Program-made: the position numbers and the translations under genes
Source of the DNA: Candidatus Undinarchaeota archaeon
GTDB taxonomy: Archaea > SpSt-1190 > JASMDC01
Reading direction: 5' to 3'
Assembly: GCA_964519305.1 (NCBI GenBank)
Contig: CAZFHY010000001.1
Coordinates: forward strand, 378,132-442,131
Length of the DNA stretch: 64,000 nucleotides
Shown here: in pieces, positions 7,495-17,142 of the stretch
How positions within the stretch are numbered: position 1 is the stretch's first letter
Layout: every line of letters starts with the position of its first letter
Notes under the pieces: model-generated
Databases searched by the model: none
What the model was told of the DNA's origin: nothing
What the model saw: only the letters and a program-made list of their open reading frames with translations

Positions 7495-8636
7495 GTCCAG
7501 TTGTACTCGTGGGCTGGCGCGAGCTCCAGCGCCTCCTGCGCGACCGGACGTTCTGGGTGCTGTTCTTCTTCCAGGTGCTCATGGTGGTGTTCGCCCAGGC
7601 CATCGTCCACAACTACGCCGCGCTCCTGTTCCCGTCCGAGGCCGGGGAGCCGCCGGGCGGGTGGCGCATCGGCGTGGTAACGTACGGCGAGCGTCCGTCC
7701 GTTGGCAACGCCCTGCTCGAGCGCGAGCAGCTGTACGCACGAGGGTACAATAGCCTCACCCAGGCGGAGTTCGCGTTCATGGAGGGACGTATCGAGGTAA
7801 TCCTGGTGCCCCCACCGGAGCTGGGCGATCAGCTGGGCAGGCCGGTGCACGTGGGCATGTCGCTAATCCACGACCCGCGCAGCCTGCTCTCGTCATATAC
7901 CCGGAACCGGCTCGAGGAAGCACTCGTAGAGCTGTCCCACACACTTGGCTTCGAGCGACTGCTGCAGGAGGTGCCCGCCGTACCCCAGGTGCGCGTGACG
8001 GGTGTGAACGAACCTGCGCCCGATGACGACCGCGGAGCCCCACCACTGCGCTCGGTGCGGCCCGTGCACGCGCTCTACGGCTTCTTGGTACCGTTCATCT
8101 TCCTGTTCCTGGCCATCAACGCAGGCGACGTGCTCATGGAAGCGCTGAGCCAGGACACCGAGACGCACAAGCTGGAGCCGTTGGTGCACACCCTGTCGCC
8201 AGGGATGGTGGTGCGCGGCAAGGTGGCAGGCGCCCTGATGCTGGCGTGCGCGCAGGCGGTGCTGTACATCGTCCTCCTCGAGACACAGGGCGTCCACATG
8301 GCGCATCCTGTGCTCATGATCGGGTACGCGCTGTCCCTGGCACTGCTGCTGGCGGGCGTGGGCCTGGCAGCAGCGGCGGCCGTCCCCGGGCGACAGGAGC
8401 TGCGGTTCGTGTACTTCGGTGCCATGTCGGCGGTGTTCGTCGTCAACCTCACCCCGCTTCCTCTTCCCGAGAGCGTGATAGCGCTGGTCCCGTCCGCCTG
8501 CCTGGCGACGCTGGCGTACTCGCCGGTGCTCGGAGCGCCTGTGATAATCTCGTTCGCCGTACTTCTTGGATCAGGGCTCATGCTCGTACGTATGGGTGAG
8601 ATATGGTTCGATGCGCACCCGGAGCGGTTCGTGTAG
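7485..8636 (+). CDS. ABC-2 type permease
   Basis: WRELQRLLRD N-terminus, LEPL..T....VVRGK loop, TM helices; operonic with the ATPase. Confidence 0.85.
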   Translation: MDVGPVVLVGWRELQRLLRDRTFWVLFFFQVLMVVFAQAIVHNYAALLFPSEAGEPPGGWRIGVVTYGERPSVGNALLEREQLYARGYNSLTQAEFAFMEGRIEVILVPPPELGDQLGRPVHVGMSLIHDPRSLLSSYTRNRLEEALVELSHTLGFERLLQEVPAVPQVRVTGVNEPAPDDDRGAPPLRSVRPVHALYGFLVPFIFLFLAINAGDVLMEALSQDTETHKLEPLVHTLSPGMVVRGKVAGALMLACAQAVLYIVLLETQGVHMAHPVLMIGYALSLALLLAGVGLAAAAAVPGRQELRFVYFGAMSAVFVVNLTPLPLPESVIALVPSACLATLAYSPVLGAPVIISFAVLLGSGLMLVRMGEIWFDAHPERFV

Positions 8637-8649
8637 GACCGGGGTGCGG

Positions 8650-8952
8650 TCAACCCAGTCCGGCGGGCTGCAGGTCACCGAGCTCTGCGACCAGGGCCTG
8701 CGCCTTCTTGGAGTACTTGGCGATGATCGCGTTGATATCGGCCTCGGTGATGTCCGGGTCCTTGTTCCGCAGCTCGGAGCACGCCTCCAGAACGAGAAGG
8801 TCGATGTGGTGGGCGGGCTGGCTCCGGAACCGCCACAGGATATTGGAGATGATGCCGCCGTCGGTGGGTTTCTCCCTCTCCAGCTTCGCCTTGTAGGGGG
8901 CGAGCGCGCCGCGGATGCGCTCACGGATCGCGGCGAAGTCCTGCTCGACCAT
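8650..8952 (-). CDS. Hypothetical protein
   Basis: Normal-composition helical ORF filling the intergenic gap. Confidence 0.65.
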   Translation of the reverse strand: MVEQDFAAIRERIRGALAPYKAKLEREKPTDGGIISNILWRFRSQPAHHIDLLVLEACSELRNKDPDITEADINAIIAKYSKKAQALVAELGDLQPAGLG

Positions 8953-9035
8953 GATGAGGGTATGTGGCGCTCGTGGTACTAAAGGTTTTTGGTCGGGAGG
9001 CCGCTATTCTGCGATTATCGTGCCGTTCTGCGACA

Positions 9036-10145
9036 TTACGGCGCTGGCGGCATCCATTCCGTGATCACGTGGGCCAGCACGTCCCGGACCACCGGCAGAC
9101 TGGCAGCGTCCACCCACTCTTCCTTTGTATGGTCCCCGCCACCAAGAGGCCCGTATACAACCGTCGGGATACCACGTGCGCCCACTACGTTCTCGTCGGC
9201 GACGGAAGGTCCCGCACGCCACACAGCGTCCTTCCCGACCACGGCCTTGATCGATGAGGACATGACATGGGCCATGGCTGAGCCGGGATCGGTCCAGTAC
9301 GGGCGCAGGAACGGCGTGGGCCTGTCGGCCAGCCTCGCTTCTACACGCACCCCCTCGGGCGGTTCCGGCAGGCCATCTCTGAGCCCTGCAAGCGCGCTCT
9401 TGGGCGTCTCGGGCGGCACCAGGTGCCGGTCCAGGGTGAGCGTGCACCGCTCGGGGACGGTGAGCCCACGCGCCTCTGCGTGGATGCCCAGCGGGGCCAT
9501 GCTCGCGGGTCCGAGGTGCTCGTGGGTGGCCAGGGGCACGTCCCCCAGGGCCTGGAGCACCGGTGCTGCGGCGGTCACGGCGTTGGCACCGTGCTGAGGT
9601 GACGCGGCGTGTGCAGGCCTGCCGTACAGGTCCACCTGGAGCACGGCCCGGCCCCGCCTGCCCAGACACGCCTCCTCGAGTCCGCCGAGCTCGGCCGACT
9701 CCACGGAAACGCACCCGGCGACGTCGTCGAGGAACCCGCTCTTATCGAGCACGTTGGCACCCTGGCTGACGTTCTCCTCGTCCACGGTGAACGCTACCTT
9801 CACCGCATGGGACGTATCGCCCCCCTCGAGCGCAGAGAGGAGACATGCGATACCGCCCTTCATGTCGTGTGACCCGAGCCCAAGAAGACGGCCACCGTCC
9901 TTGCGGAGGGTGAACGGGTCGTCCCATCCCGGCTCCGGCGCCACTGTGTCCATGTGGCCAAGGAACAGCAGCGACGGACCACCACCCTTGGTGCCCAGTA
10001 CGTTAGCGCGTCCATCGGCCACCTGCTGGCGCTCGACCGCAAAGCCACGCTCCCGCAGCAGGTCGGCGAGCAGGTCACCGATTGCCCCCTCCTCGGGGTA
10101 GGGCGAAGGTACGGCCACCAGCCGGGCGAGGAGGTCCTCGATCAT
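9036..10145 (-). CDS. M20 family metallopeptidase/deacylase (ArgE/DapE-like)
   Basis: GHMDTV, DMKGG, DEE, C-terminal H..EE motifs. Confidence 0.9.
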   Translation of the reverse strand: MIEDLLARLVAVPSPYPEEGAIGDLLADLLRERGFAVERQQVADGRANVLGTKGGGPSLLFLGHMDTVAPEPGWDDPFTLRKDGGRLLGLGSHDMKGGIACLLSALEGGDTSHAVKVAFTVDEENVSQGANVLDKSGFLDDVAGCVSVESAELGGLEEACLGRRGRAVLQVDLYGRPAHAASPQHGANAVTAAAPVLQALGDVPLATHEHLGPASMAPLGIHAEARGLTVPERCTLTLDRHLVPPETPKSALAGLRDGLPEPPEGVRVEARLADRPTPFLRPYWTDPGSAMAHVMSSSIKAVVGKDAVWRAGPSVADENVVGARGIPTVVYGPLGGGDHTKEEWVDAASLPVVRDVLAHVITEWMPPAP

Positions 10146-10232
10146 GGGTGCGTGGGGGCGGAACAGTAATAAAACACTATCGGCCGGACGGTCGAATATA
10201 ATACCAGTAGATTATAAGGTCACTTGCGGCCC

Positions 10233-11033
10233 TTACCCCGCCATTAGCACCTGGAACGCGTCACGCAGCCCCGGCCCGAACCCGAGAACGAACGCTGCCA
10301 GCTTCACGAACCGTGCCATCTGCCGGTCGTCGACGTCCTTGTCCACGACGTACACGACCAGCACCGCGAGAGCGGCCTTCACGGGCAGGAAGATGAGGGG
10401 TGTCCCGGCCATATTGAACAGGAGGTTGGGGACCACGTGCTGCTCCTTGAAACCGATGAAGGCCAGGCCGATGTAGGTCGCCGAGGCATCGAGGAGCTGG
10501 CCAGCGATCACTCCGATGTTCTCAGGGATTAGCAGTTCCTCCCGTCCCGAGAGCGCCAACACCTGGTACACGAACAAGGTGCACAAAGCCGTGAGGCCGA
10601 ATATGGCGGCGAACGCCGTGGGACGAAGCAGGACCATCAGCGGCAGGTGCATGAGCAGGAGAACCGTTCCTATGTACGCAGACGCCTTGTCCCAAGGTGT
10701 CTTGTTCACGCGCTCGATCTGGTACCCTATCGCTATGGAGATGACCGTGACGATGAACGACGTCCCGTAGATACCGGGACTGACGGTAAAGATGGACCGC
10801 GGGTACACGTGGATGTCCACCATAGCCCGCACCAGGCATGTGAGCACGATATACGGCGAGAAAGCCAGAGCGAACCGTTCTACGGTGATGCGCTTGCGCT
10901 TGAGGCCCTCGAATATTACGTAGATGAACGCTACGAAACCTATGGCGTAGGCCGTCGTGTTGACCATGTTGTAGCCGGAGCCCGTGCGGATAGGATCGAG
11001 GAAGTACGTCCGCACGAAGCCGGCAGGGTCCAT
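10233..11033 (-). CDS. DUF63-family membrane protein
   Basis: GYN.VNT..Y, Q.LDASAT, EQHVVP, LG.GPGLRD motifs; start MDPAGF. Confidence 0.8.
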   Translation of the reverse strand: MDPAGFVRTYFLDPIRTGSGYNMVNTTAYAIGFVAFIYVIFEGLKRKRITVERFALAFSPYIVLTCLVRAMVDIHVYPRSIFTVSPGIYGTSFIVTVISIAIGYQIERVNKTPWDKASAYIGTVLLLMHLPLMVLLRPTAFAAIFGLTALCTLFVYQVLALSGREELLIPENIGVIAGQLLDASATYIGLAFIGFKEQHVVPNLLFNMAGTPLIFLPVKAALAVLVVYVVDKDVDDRQMARFVKLAAFVLGFGPGLRDAFQVLMAG

Positions 11034-11034
11034 A

Positions 11035-11532
11035 TCAGCCACGCCGCCATGTCTGGAGAAGGTTCCAGATGTTCTTAAGCTGGCCGTCGATGATGTCCAG
11101 CTTCTTGTCGAGCATGTCGATGCGCTGCTCGAGCCGCTTGATGGCCTCTTCGCTGGCGGCAGGTGCCGCGGCAGGTGCGGCGCCGGCCGGAGCGGCACCC
11201 TGCATGAGGCCCAGCAGGTCGTTCATGTTACCCTGCGGTTGCGCTCCCGGTACCGAGCCGGGCGGTGCCAGCGGGCTACCCGGCGGCTGCATCGGCATCC
11301 CTCCGGGTCCAAGCGGCGGCTGCACGGGCGTCGACATCGGCGACTGGTGGTCCTTTAGGGCCGAGAAGGGATTGAGCGGCGCCAGAGGCGGCGGCGCTCC
11401 CATCCCCTGTGGATTCTCGGGACCCAGTGTGGGCTGTGTGCCCGGCGGGGGCGGCGGCGCGCTGGGCTGGGGCCCGAGCGGCGTGTGCTCCTCCTTCTTC
11501 ATGAACCGTTCGACTATGTCCTGCATGGTCAT
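11035..11532 (-). CDS. Pro/Gly-rich low-complexity protein with C-terminal coiled coil
   Basis: Operonic overlap with the upstream gene; C-terminus IKRLEQRIDMLDKKLDIIDGQLKNI. Confidence 0.7.
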   Translation of the reverse strand: MTMQDIVERFMKKEEHTPLGPQPSAPPPPPGTQPTLGPENPQGMGAPPPLAPLNPFSALKDHQSPMSTPVQPPLGPGGMPMQPPGSPLAPPGSVPGAQPQGNMNDLLGLMQGAAPAGAAPAAAPAASEEAIKRLEQRIDMLDKKLDIIDGQLKNIWNLLQTWRRG

Positions 11533-12230
11533 GGTGTACCACCTGCTGCCCAGGTAATTATGTTCTCCGCCAGCCGGGCGCTCCCGCGCATGTAGCGGCT
11601 GTCGAGCAGGGACGCGTCGCCCAGGGCGACGACACGGCCCTTGCCTTCGTTCTGGAAGGCGAGAACGGGGTAGTAGTGTGCGGCCTCTAACGCCACCAGG
11701 GACCGCTCCTCGAGGGGCTCGTCACCCACCCAGACCGGTGTGGCCCCATCGCTGCTGGTCACCGAGCACCCGAACCGTACCCGCACGGTCCCTACGCCCT
11801 CGAGCACCGGGTGGCGCAGGAGCACGACGTGGGCCGCGTGGACCATGTCCTTGCGCAGCGGTACGCTCAGGCGGTCGGGATCATGGTGTAGCAGCTCCTC
11901 GCCGAACACCATCCCGAACCGGAACGCCAGCGCGTTGAGCACGTGCGAGCTCTGGTGGAGCCCGCCGCCCATCCCAACTAGGACGAGCCCGCCGCCGTTC
12001 TTGACATATTCCTGCACGGCCGCGCTCTCGGCCGGCTGGAACACCTGCCGGGGCACGGCAACAACTAGCACATCACCAGCGAAACAGTCATCGAGCTCGC
12101 TGGCCTCCTGAACGCGCAACCCACCGGACACCAGCTGACGGGCAAGGAGCCGGTACGACGGGTCCTCGCGCTTGCTGATGGAGTAGTATTCGTCATGCGA
12201 CGCATCGAACACAACGGTGGGAGCGGTCAT
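11529..12230 (-). CDS. DUF4350/GIFT (GldG-IFT52-like) domain protein
   Basis: VVFD.SH.E, DVLVV..P...F...E...V.EYV..GG.L, G.GRVVALGD motifs. Confidence 0.7.
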   Translation of the reverse strand: MTAPTVVFDASHDEYYSISKREDPSYRLLARQLVSGGLRVQEASELDDCFAGDVLVVAVPRQVFQPAESAAVQEYVKNGGGLVLVGMGGGLHQSSHVLNALAFRFGMVFGEELLHHDPDRLSVPLRKDMVHAAHVVLLRHPVLEGVGTVRVRFGCSVTSSDGATPVWVGDEPLEERSLVALEAAHYYPVLAFQNEGKGRVVALGDASLLDSRYMRGSARLAENIITWAAGGTP

Positions 12231-12237
12231 GATAAGG

Positions 12238-12960
12238 TCACCTGAACATACTGGGCTCGTCGGGTGTGCTCTGCGACACCTCGTGGATCACCTGGTCGAG
12301 CCGGTCCTCGATGCGCTTTGCGCCGTCGAGCAGCGGCTTGGCATCGATACCCCAGTCGTACATGGCGTCCAGCGCCATGATTAGGTGCGCTGCGGCCCGG
12401 GCGTCGGAGAAGTCCTCCCGGGTTCGGATGAGAAGGCTCATCGTAGGGATCCGGCGCTTGGTGCACTCAAGCAGAAGCGTGCCCGATATACCACCGATCA
12501 TCCCGTGGTCGATGACGTTGATCTTGGCCTCCTTGGCCCGGTCGCTCAGTCCCGGATCGTTGGTCATGGCGTAGACCTTGTTGTCAGCCTCCTTCTTGGA
12601 CTTCACGCCCTCGATTGAGATCACCGTCCCTACGTCGTGGACCTTTGCCCAGTCCGAGATGGTCCGTGCCGCCGGGAACACCAGGGTGCGCGGCATCCTG
12701 AACTCGCTCGTCATGAGGTAGAGCTCGTGCGGGTGCGACTGGTAGATGCGGAACGGGTGGCTCGCGGTGTTCTCGTGGACCACGGCCACCGGCGGGAGCA
12801 CATCGGACTCGAAGTGCCCCATCCGCTCCATCTTGAGCGCTGTGGAGATGTAATGCGAGGCGATGTTGCTGACCATCCCCGAGCCCCGGAAACCCTCGAT
12901 GAGCACCGGTCTCTCGAACCGCGATTCCTTGTCAACGACTATCCGTAGTTCCATGATCAT
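12238..12960 (-). CDS. PAC2-family proteasome assembly chaperone
   Basis: LIEGF.G.GMV..IA, PFRIY, G.IGGISG.LL, DARAAA motifs. Confidence 0.88.
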   Translation of the reverse strand: MIMELRIVVDKESRFERPVLIEGFRGSGMVSNIASHYISTALKMERMGHFESDVLPPVAVVHENTASHPFRIYQSHPHELYLMTSEFRMPRTLVFPAARTISDWAKVHDVGTVISIEGVKSKKEADNKVYAMTNDPGLSDRAKEAKINVIDHGMIGGISGTLLLECTKRRIPTMSLLIRTREDFSDARAAAHLIMALDAMYDWGIDAKPLLDGAKRIEDRLDQVIHEVSQSTPDEPSMFR

Positions 12961-13859
12961 ATCTCCAGTGACATCAGGTCGAAAGCGATATCTGTGGCGG
13001 GGAATACCTCCCGCGCCTCTGCGAGCAGGGCGTCGGAATCATCGTACCGCTTACTGAAATGGGTGAGGATCAAACGCTTGACGCCCGCCTCCTTGGCAAC
13101 GGTTGCGGCCTCCACGGTGGTGGAGTGGCCGAACTCTTTTGCCCTGTCCGCGTCCTCTGCCGAGTAGGTGGCCTCATGCACCAAAACGTCGGCGCCCTGG
13201 GCGAGCTTGCGCACAGCACCGCACGGCCGGGTATCGCCCGAGTAGACGACCTTTCGCCCGGGGACGACACGGGACGCCACGTCCTTGGGCTTGATGGTCT
13301 TCCCATCATGCTCCACGGTCCTGCCCATCTGCAGGCGGGAGAGTTGCGGTGAGTTCTCCAGACCGAGCTCGGCGGCCTTGGCCCGGTCGATCTTGAACCG
13401 GTCCTCCTCGATGAACGCATAGGCCACCGCAGGTACGTTCCCGTGCTCCACGGGCGCGGCCTCCACTCGGAACCTGTCCGTCGAGTACACCACGCCGGAC
13501 CGGACCTCGCTGGATTCCACGTCGTAGTTGAGGCTCTGGTGGCCGAGGTGCGTGATGCGATCGAACTCCACCGTGGCGCCCCGGGGACCGTAGAGGGTGA
13601 CGCCCTTGGTGCGCTCTGCAAGTGACAGGGAGAACAGGAACCCGGGCAGGCCGAAGAAGTGGTCACCGTGGAAGTGGGTTATGAAAATCTCGTTGATGCG
13701 CATGAACTTGGCCCCGGCCTCCTGGAGCTTGACCTGTGCGTTCTCCCCACAGTCGAATAGGAACACGCGACCTTCGTGGGACAGGACCATGCCGGTGTGC
13801 CCCCGTTCCGGGGTCGGTGCACCGGCGGCGGTCCCGAGCATGGTGATGTTCATCGTCAT
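12957..13859 (-). CDS. rnz: Ribonuclease Z
   Basis: LGT...PT.ER, FDCGE, THFHGDH, YSGDT, HEAT, THFS.RY; exosite arm present. Confidence 0.95.
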   Translation of the reverse strand: MTMNITMLGTAAGAPTPERGHTGMVLSHEGRVFLFDCGENAQVKLQEAGAKFMRINEIFITHFHGDHFFGLPGFLFSLSLAERTKGVTLYGPRGATVEFDRITHLGHQSLNYDVESSEVRSGVVYSTDRFRVEAAPVEHGNVPAVAYAFIEEDRFKIDRAKAAELGLENSPQLSRLQMGRTVEHDGKTIKPKDVASRVVPGRKVVYSGDTRPCGAVRKLAQGADVLVHEATYSAEDADRAKEFGHSTTVEAATVAKEAGVKRLILTHFSKRYDDSDALLAEAREVFPATDIAFDLMSLEI

Positions 13860-14860
13860 GGACGCTCCGCCACGCAGATATGCCGGGTCAGGCTCCCGTG
13901 GACGCGAATGCGGACACCCTGCAAATACTTAAACCCCACGTCACGGCACAGCGACTCCAACGGCACCTGCTGCGGCGCGCCCAGGCACAGACGTCCTCCC
14001 GGCCGGAGCACGGCGAACAATGCCGGGAACACCTCGGAGAACAGGTCCTTGAGACCGACACCCCACGTGGACGCGGCCCTACCATAGGGCGGGTCCGTGG
14101 CGATGCAGTCCACATTGCCCTCGCCGAACACCTCGGTCACGTGGCGCGCGTCGCCGGTGGCCATGAACGCTTCCAGGCCCAGGTGATCGAGATTGGCCTT
14201 GGTGCCCGCTACCATCTTCCGGTCGATGTCGGACGCGAGCACCTTGCAGCCCACCATGGCGGCCTCGATCGGGATGCCCCCCGTCCCGCAGAACGGATCG
14301 AGCAGGACCTTGCCTGATCGGGCGCCCGAGAGGTTCACCATGGCACGAGCGAGCTTGGGCGCCAGACTGGACGGGTGAAAGTACGGTCTGCGGTCGGATT
14401 TGCGGTCGTCGAACGTACCGCGCTGGTGGGCTAGAGCCCCCATCACGGCGCCATCGGGCGTGGCGATCACCCGGAGCACGGTGTCCGGACCATGCAGGTC
14501 GACAGGGGCCCCGGCCCCCTCGCAGATCACGGCGCCCAGCCGCGGCTCGAGCCGTGTGGCACCGCAGTCGAACGCGTTGGGCACGGTCGTGAGCCGGACC
14601 ACGAAGCTCCCAGTGAGCTCCGGGGGGGAGTCAGCGACGGCCGTGATGAGCTCCTCGGCAGTATCTGCGGTCGTGATGAGCTCGCCGAGCTCGGGCGTCA
14701 GCCCCATGCGCGTGGGCGGTGGCCCGTCGAGGTCGAGCACGGCCACCCGACCCAGCGATCCGGCCTCCCGCCACTGCACACCGTCGGCCGCAAGGCATGC
14801 CTCGAGCTCCATCCGTGGGAGGGGTTCATGTTCGCCTGATAAAAGGAAGAACGTGCGCAC
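13856..14860 (-). CDS. trm11: tRNA (guanine10-N2)-methyltransferase (THUMP + SAM MTase)
   Basis: LSGEH, RP.FHP..L.PKLARAMVN, DPFCGTG, TDPPYG, VH.SLTR motifs. Confidence 0.9.
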   Translation of the reverse strand: MRTFFLLSGEHEPLPRMELEACLAADGVQWREAGSLGRVAVLDLDGPPPTRMGLTPELGELITTADTAEELITAVADSPPELTGSFVVRLTTVPNAFDCGATRLEPRLGAVICEGAGAPVDLHGPDTVLRVIATPDGAVMGALAHQRGTFDDRKSDRRPYFHPSSLAPKLARAMVNLSGARSGKVLLDPFCGTGGIPIEAAMVGCKVLASDIDRKMVAGTKANLDHLGLEAFMATGDARHVTEVFGEGNVDCIATDPPYGRAASTWGVGLKDLFSEVFPALFAVLRPGGRLCLGAPQQVPLESLCRDVGFKYLQGVRIRVHGSLTRHICVAERP

Positions 14861-14926
14861 ATTCCCCGCGGCCTTTCAAAAGGTATATATACATAGACCC
14901 TTGCTGAAATTGACGGGGTACGGTAC

Positions 14927-16549
14927 ATGTTTGAAGAGTTTTACACGGGTCCGATGGACGAGCTGGATCTGGGCGGATTTGACGCCAACTTCCTGTCAGT
15001 CTATCGCCAGAGCGAGAACAAGACGAAGTTCCTCTACACCACGAGCGCGGCCGGTGCCGGCATGCCCATCATGGACGAGACGGACATCACCACGCAAGCC
15101 TCGAACAAGGGCAAGATCTTTGCCGGTCGAGGCGCGTCCGAGAACTACCAGACGCTCTACTCCCACGACGCGACCGCCGTGGACAAGGGCATCGACACCG
15201 CGATCGGACGGCTGAACGGTGACAAGGACGACGCGTTCTTCGATAACATCTACGCTCGTGGCCCGGATATCGGCACTGTGTACCGCAAGGCCGAGTTCGA
15301 GAAAGACCCCCATCAGTACCAGACCCAGATCAAGGATTACATGAAGCAGGTCGCCGACGAGATCAAGGCCGCGAACCCCAACGTCAAGAACGTGAAGGTA
15401 CAGTACACCCTGACCGAGACCGTCGACGACTACCAGGACAACCTGGCCAACCACCTGTGCGAAGAGCGGATGCTCGGGCACGTGGCGGTCCAGATCGAGC
15501 TGTCCAAGACGGTCACCGATGAGGACGGTACCGAGAGCGAGACGGTCGTGACCGGGTTCGACTCCATCGGCACCACCGCCGGCGCAGAACTTGTGTTCGA
15601 CGGCCTCAAGGACACCGCGTACAGCGCCCTCAACAAGGCCCTCATCCAGTATGACGCGCGCAAGATGCCCGTGGCGGACGGCGATAAGGTGCGCGTGATG
15701 CTCGGTGGCAAGGTCTCAGGTGTGTTCATCCACGAGATGGTGGGCCACATGGCCGAGGCCGACGCCGTGCTGGAGGGCGGCAGGCTGGGCCAGAAGTTCG
15801 GCGAAAAGATCGCTCCTGACTTCGTCACGATCAAAGAGATAGCCCAGGTCCCCGGGGGTCACGGCAACATCTACTACGACAACGAGATGATGAAGGCCAA
15901 CGACCTGACCATCATGGACAAGGGGACCGTGACCGGCTTCATGACCGACAGGCACACTGCCGTCGAGCTCAAGAACCGGATGGGCATCGACATGGGCGTC
16001 ACCGGAAACGGCCGCTCCATGGACGGGTCCTACGACCCTATGCCCCGGATGCGCAACACTATCCTCGAGAACGGCGACAAGTCGCACGATGACCTCCTGG
16101 CACAGCTGGGCACCGGCCTGTACATCGTCGGTTCCAGCGGCGGGTACGTCTACACCTCCACCGGGCAGTTCGCTGTCAAGGCCTCTGAGGCCTACTGGGT
16201 GGAGAACGGCGAGATCCAGTACGCCGTGGACGCCGCTGCCGTGTCGGGCTACTCGCTCGACGTCCTGGGCAAGATCGAGGCACTGGGTGACGATGCTACC
16301 GAGGACAACTTCGTGGGCTTCTGCGGTAAGGGCGGCTGGTGGTCGTCCCAGTGGGCGCCCGTGAGCGGTATAGGCCCAGAGGTGCTGGTGAGCGAGATGA
16401 GCGTCGGTGAGGGCGGTTTCAGCCGTTCCGACCTGTCGCGCGTCTCCGAGGAGAAGATCGACCGACCCTTCGAGTTCGAGAGCTTTGGTCGCTCCGGTGA
16501 GACGTTCGGTCGGCACATCGTGACCGACAACGGCGTCCTGTGGTGGTAG
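14927..16549 (+). CDS. tldD: TldD-family metalloprotease (paralog 1, divergent N-terminus)
   Basis: HEMVGHMAEAD, TGNGR, PRMRN, GFCGK motifs. Confidence 0.88.
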   Translation: MFEEFYTGPMDELDLGGFDANFLSVYRQSENKTKFLYTTSAAGAGMPIMDETDITTQASNKGKIFAGRGASENYQTLYSHDATAVDKGIDTAIGRLNGDKDDAFFDNIYARGPDIGTVYRKAEFEKDPHQYQTQIKDYMKQVADEIKAANPNVKNVKVQYTLTETVDDYQDNLANHLCEERMLGHVAVQIELSKTVTDEDGTESETVVTGFDSIGTTAGAELVFDGLKDTAYSALNKALIQYDARKMPVADGDKVRVMLGGKVSGVFIHEMVGHMAEADAVLEGGRLGQKFGEKIAPDFVTIKEIAQVPGGHGNIYYDNEMMKANDLTIMDKGTVTGFMTDRHTAVELKNRMGIDMGVTGNGRSMDGSYDPMPRMRNTILENGDKSHDDLLAQLGTGLYIVGSSGGYVYTSTGQFAVKASEAYWVENGEIQYAVDAAAVSGYSLDVLGKIEALGDDATEDNFVGFCGKGGWWSSQWAPVSGIGPEVLVSEMSVGEGGFSRSDLSRVSEEKIDRPFEFESFGRSGETFGRHIVTDNGVLWW

Positions 16550-16566
16550 GGTAACTCCCTACCACC
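16542..16566 (+). terminator. Perfect 10-bp hairpin covering the tldD1 stop codon
   Basis: GGTGGTAGGG-TAACT-CCCTACCACC. Confidence 0.55.
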
Positions 16567-16635
16567 CGGGCCTCGCCCGGCCTGTAGAATAGCCTTTTAA
16601 GATTTTGGTAGGTCCATTGAGCGGGAGGAAGTTCC

Positions 16636-17142
16636 ATGCGCGCTGCTGTACTGCTTGATGACGGGGTCGATGCCACCGAGTTCATCTACCCATACTACCG
16701 CCTGATCGAGGCCGGTTTCGATGTCGACGTGGTCGCCGTCCGGACCGGGGAGTTCTCGTCCAAGAACAAGCTCATCCTCAGGGCCGACACCACGGTGGAG
16801 GAGGCGCTGCTCAACAAGTACCAGGTTCTCGTCGTTCCCGGCGGGTACGCCCCCGATCGCCTTCGTCGGAGCGAGAAAATACTCGAGCTGGTGGCACAGG
16901 TGTACGAGCACGGCGGCCGGATCGCGGCCATCTGCCACGGCCCTCAGGTGCTCATCTCGGCAGGCATCGTCACCAACAAGAAGATCACCGGGTTCCTCTC
17001 CATTAAGGACGACATCATCAACGCCGGCGCGGACTACACCGGGCTGGCGGTCGAGTCCGACGAGCGTATCGTCACCGCCACCGACGTCAAGGCACTGCCC
17101 GAGTTCATGAGCACGCTGCTCTCCGGGCTGGAAGACGAGTGA
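16636..17142 (+). CDS. pfpI: PfpI/DJ-1 family intracellular protease/deglycase
   Basis: E..YP, VPGG.APD.LR, AICHGPQ nucleophile motif. Confidence 0.9.
   Translation: MRAAVLLDDGVDATEFIYPYYRLIEAGFDVDVVAVRTGEFSSKNKLILRADTTVEEALLNKYQVLVVPGGYAPDRLRRSEKILELVAQVYEHGGRIAAICHGPQVLISAGIVTNKKITGFLSIKDDIINAGADYTGLAVESDERIVTATDVKALPEFMSTLLSGLEDE

Noticed and set aside
16542-16610. TAG plus hairpin as a pyrrolysine/readthrough signal
   Set aside because: The TldD domain is already complete, readthrough would add only a short non-conserved stretch, and no pyl genes are seen. A simple 3' hairpin explains it.
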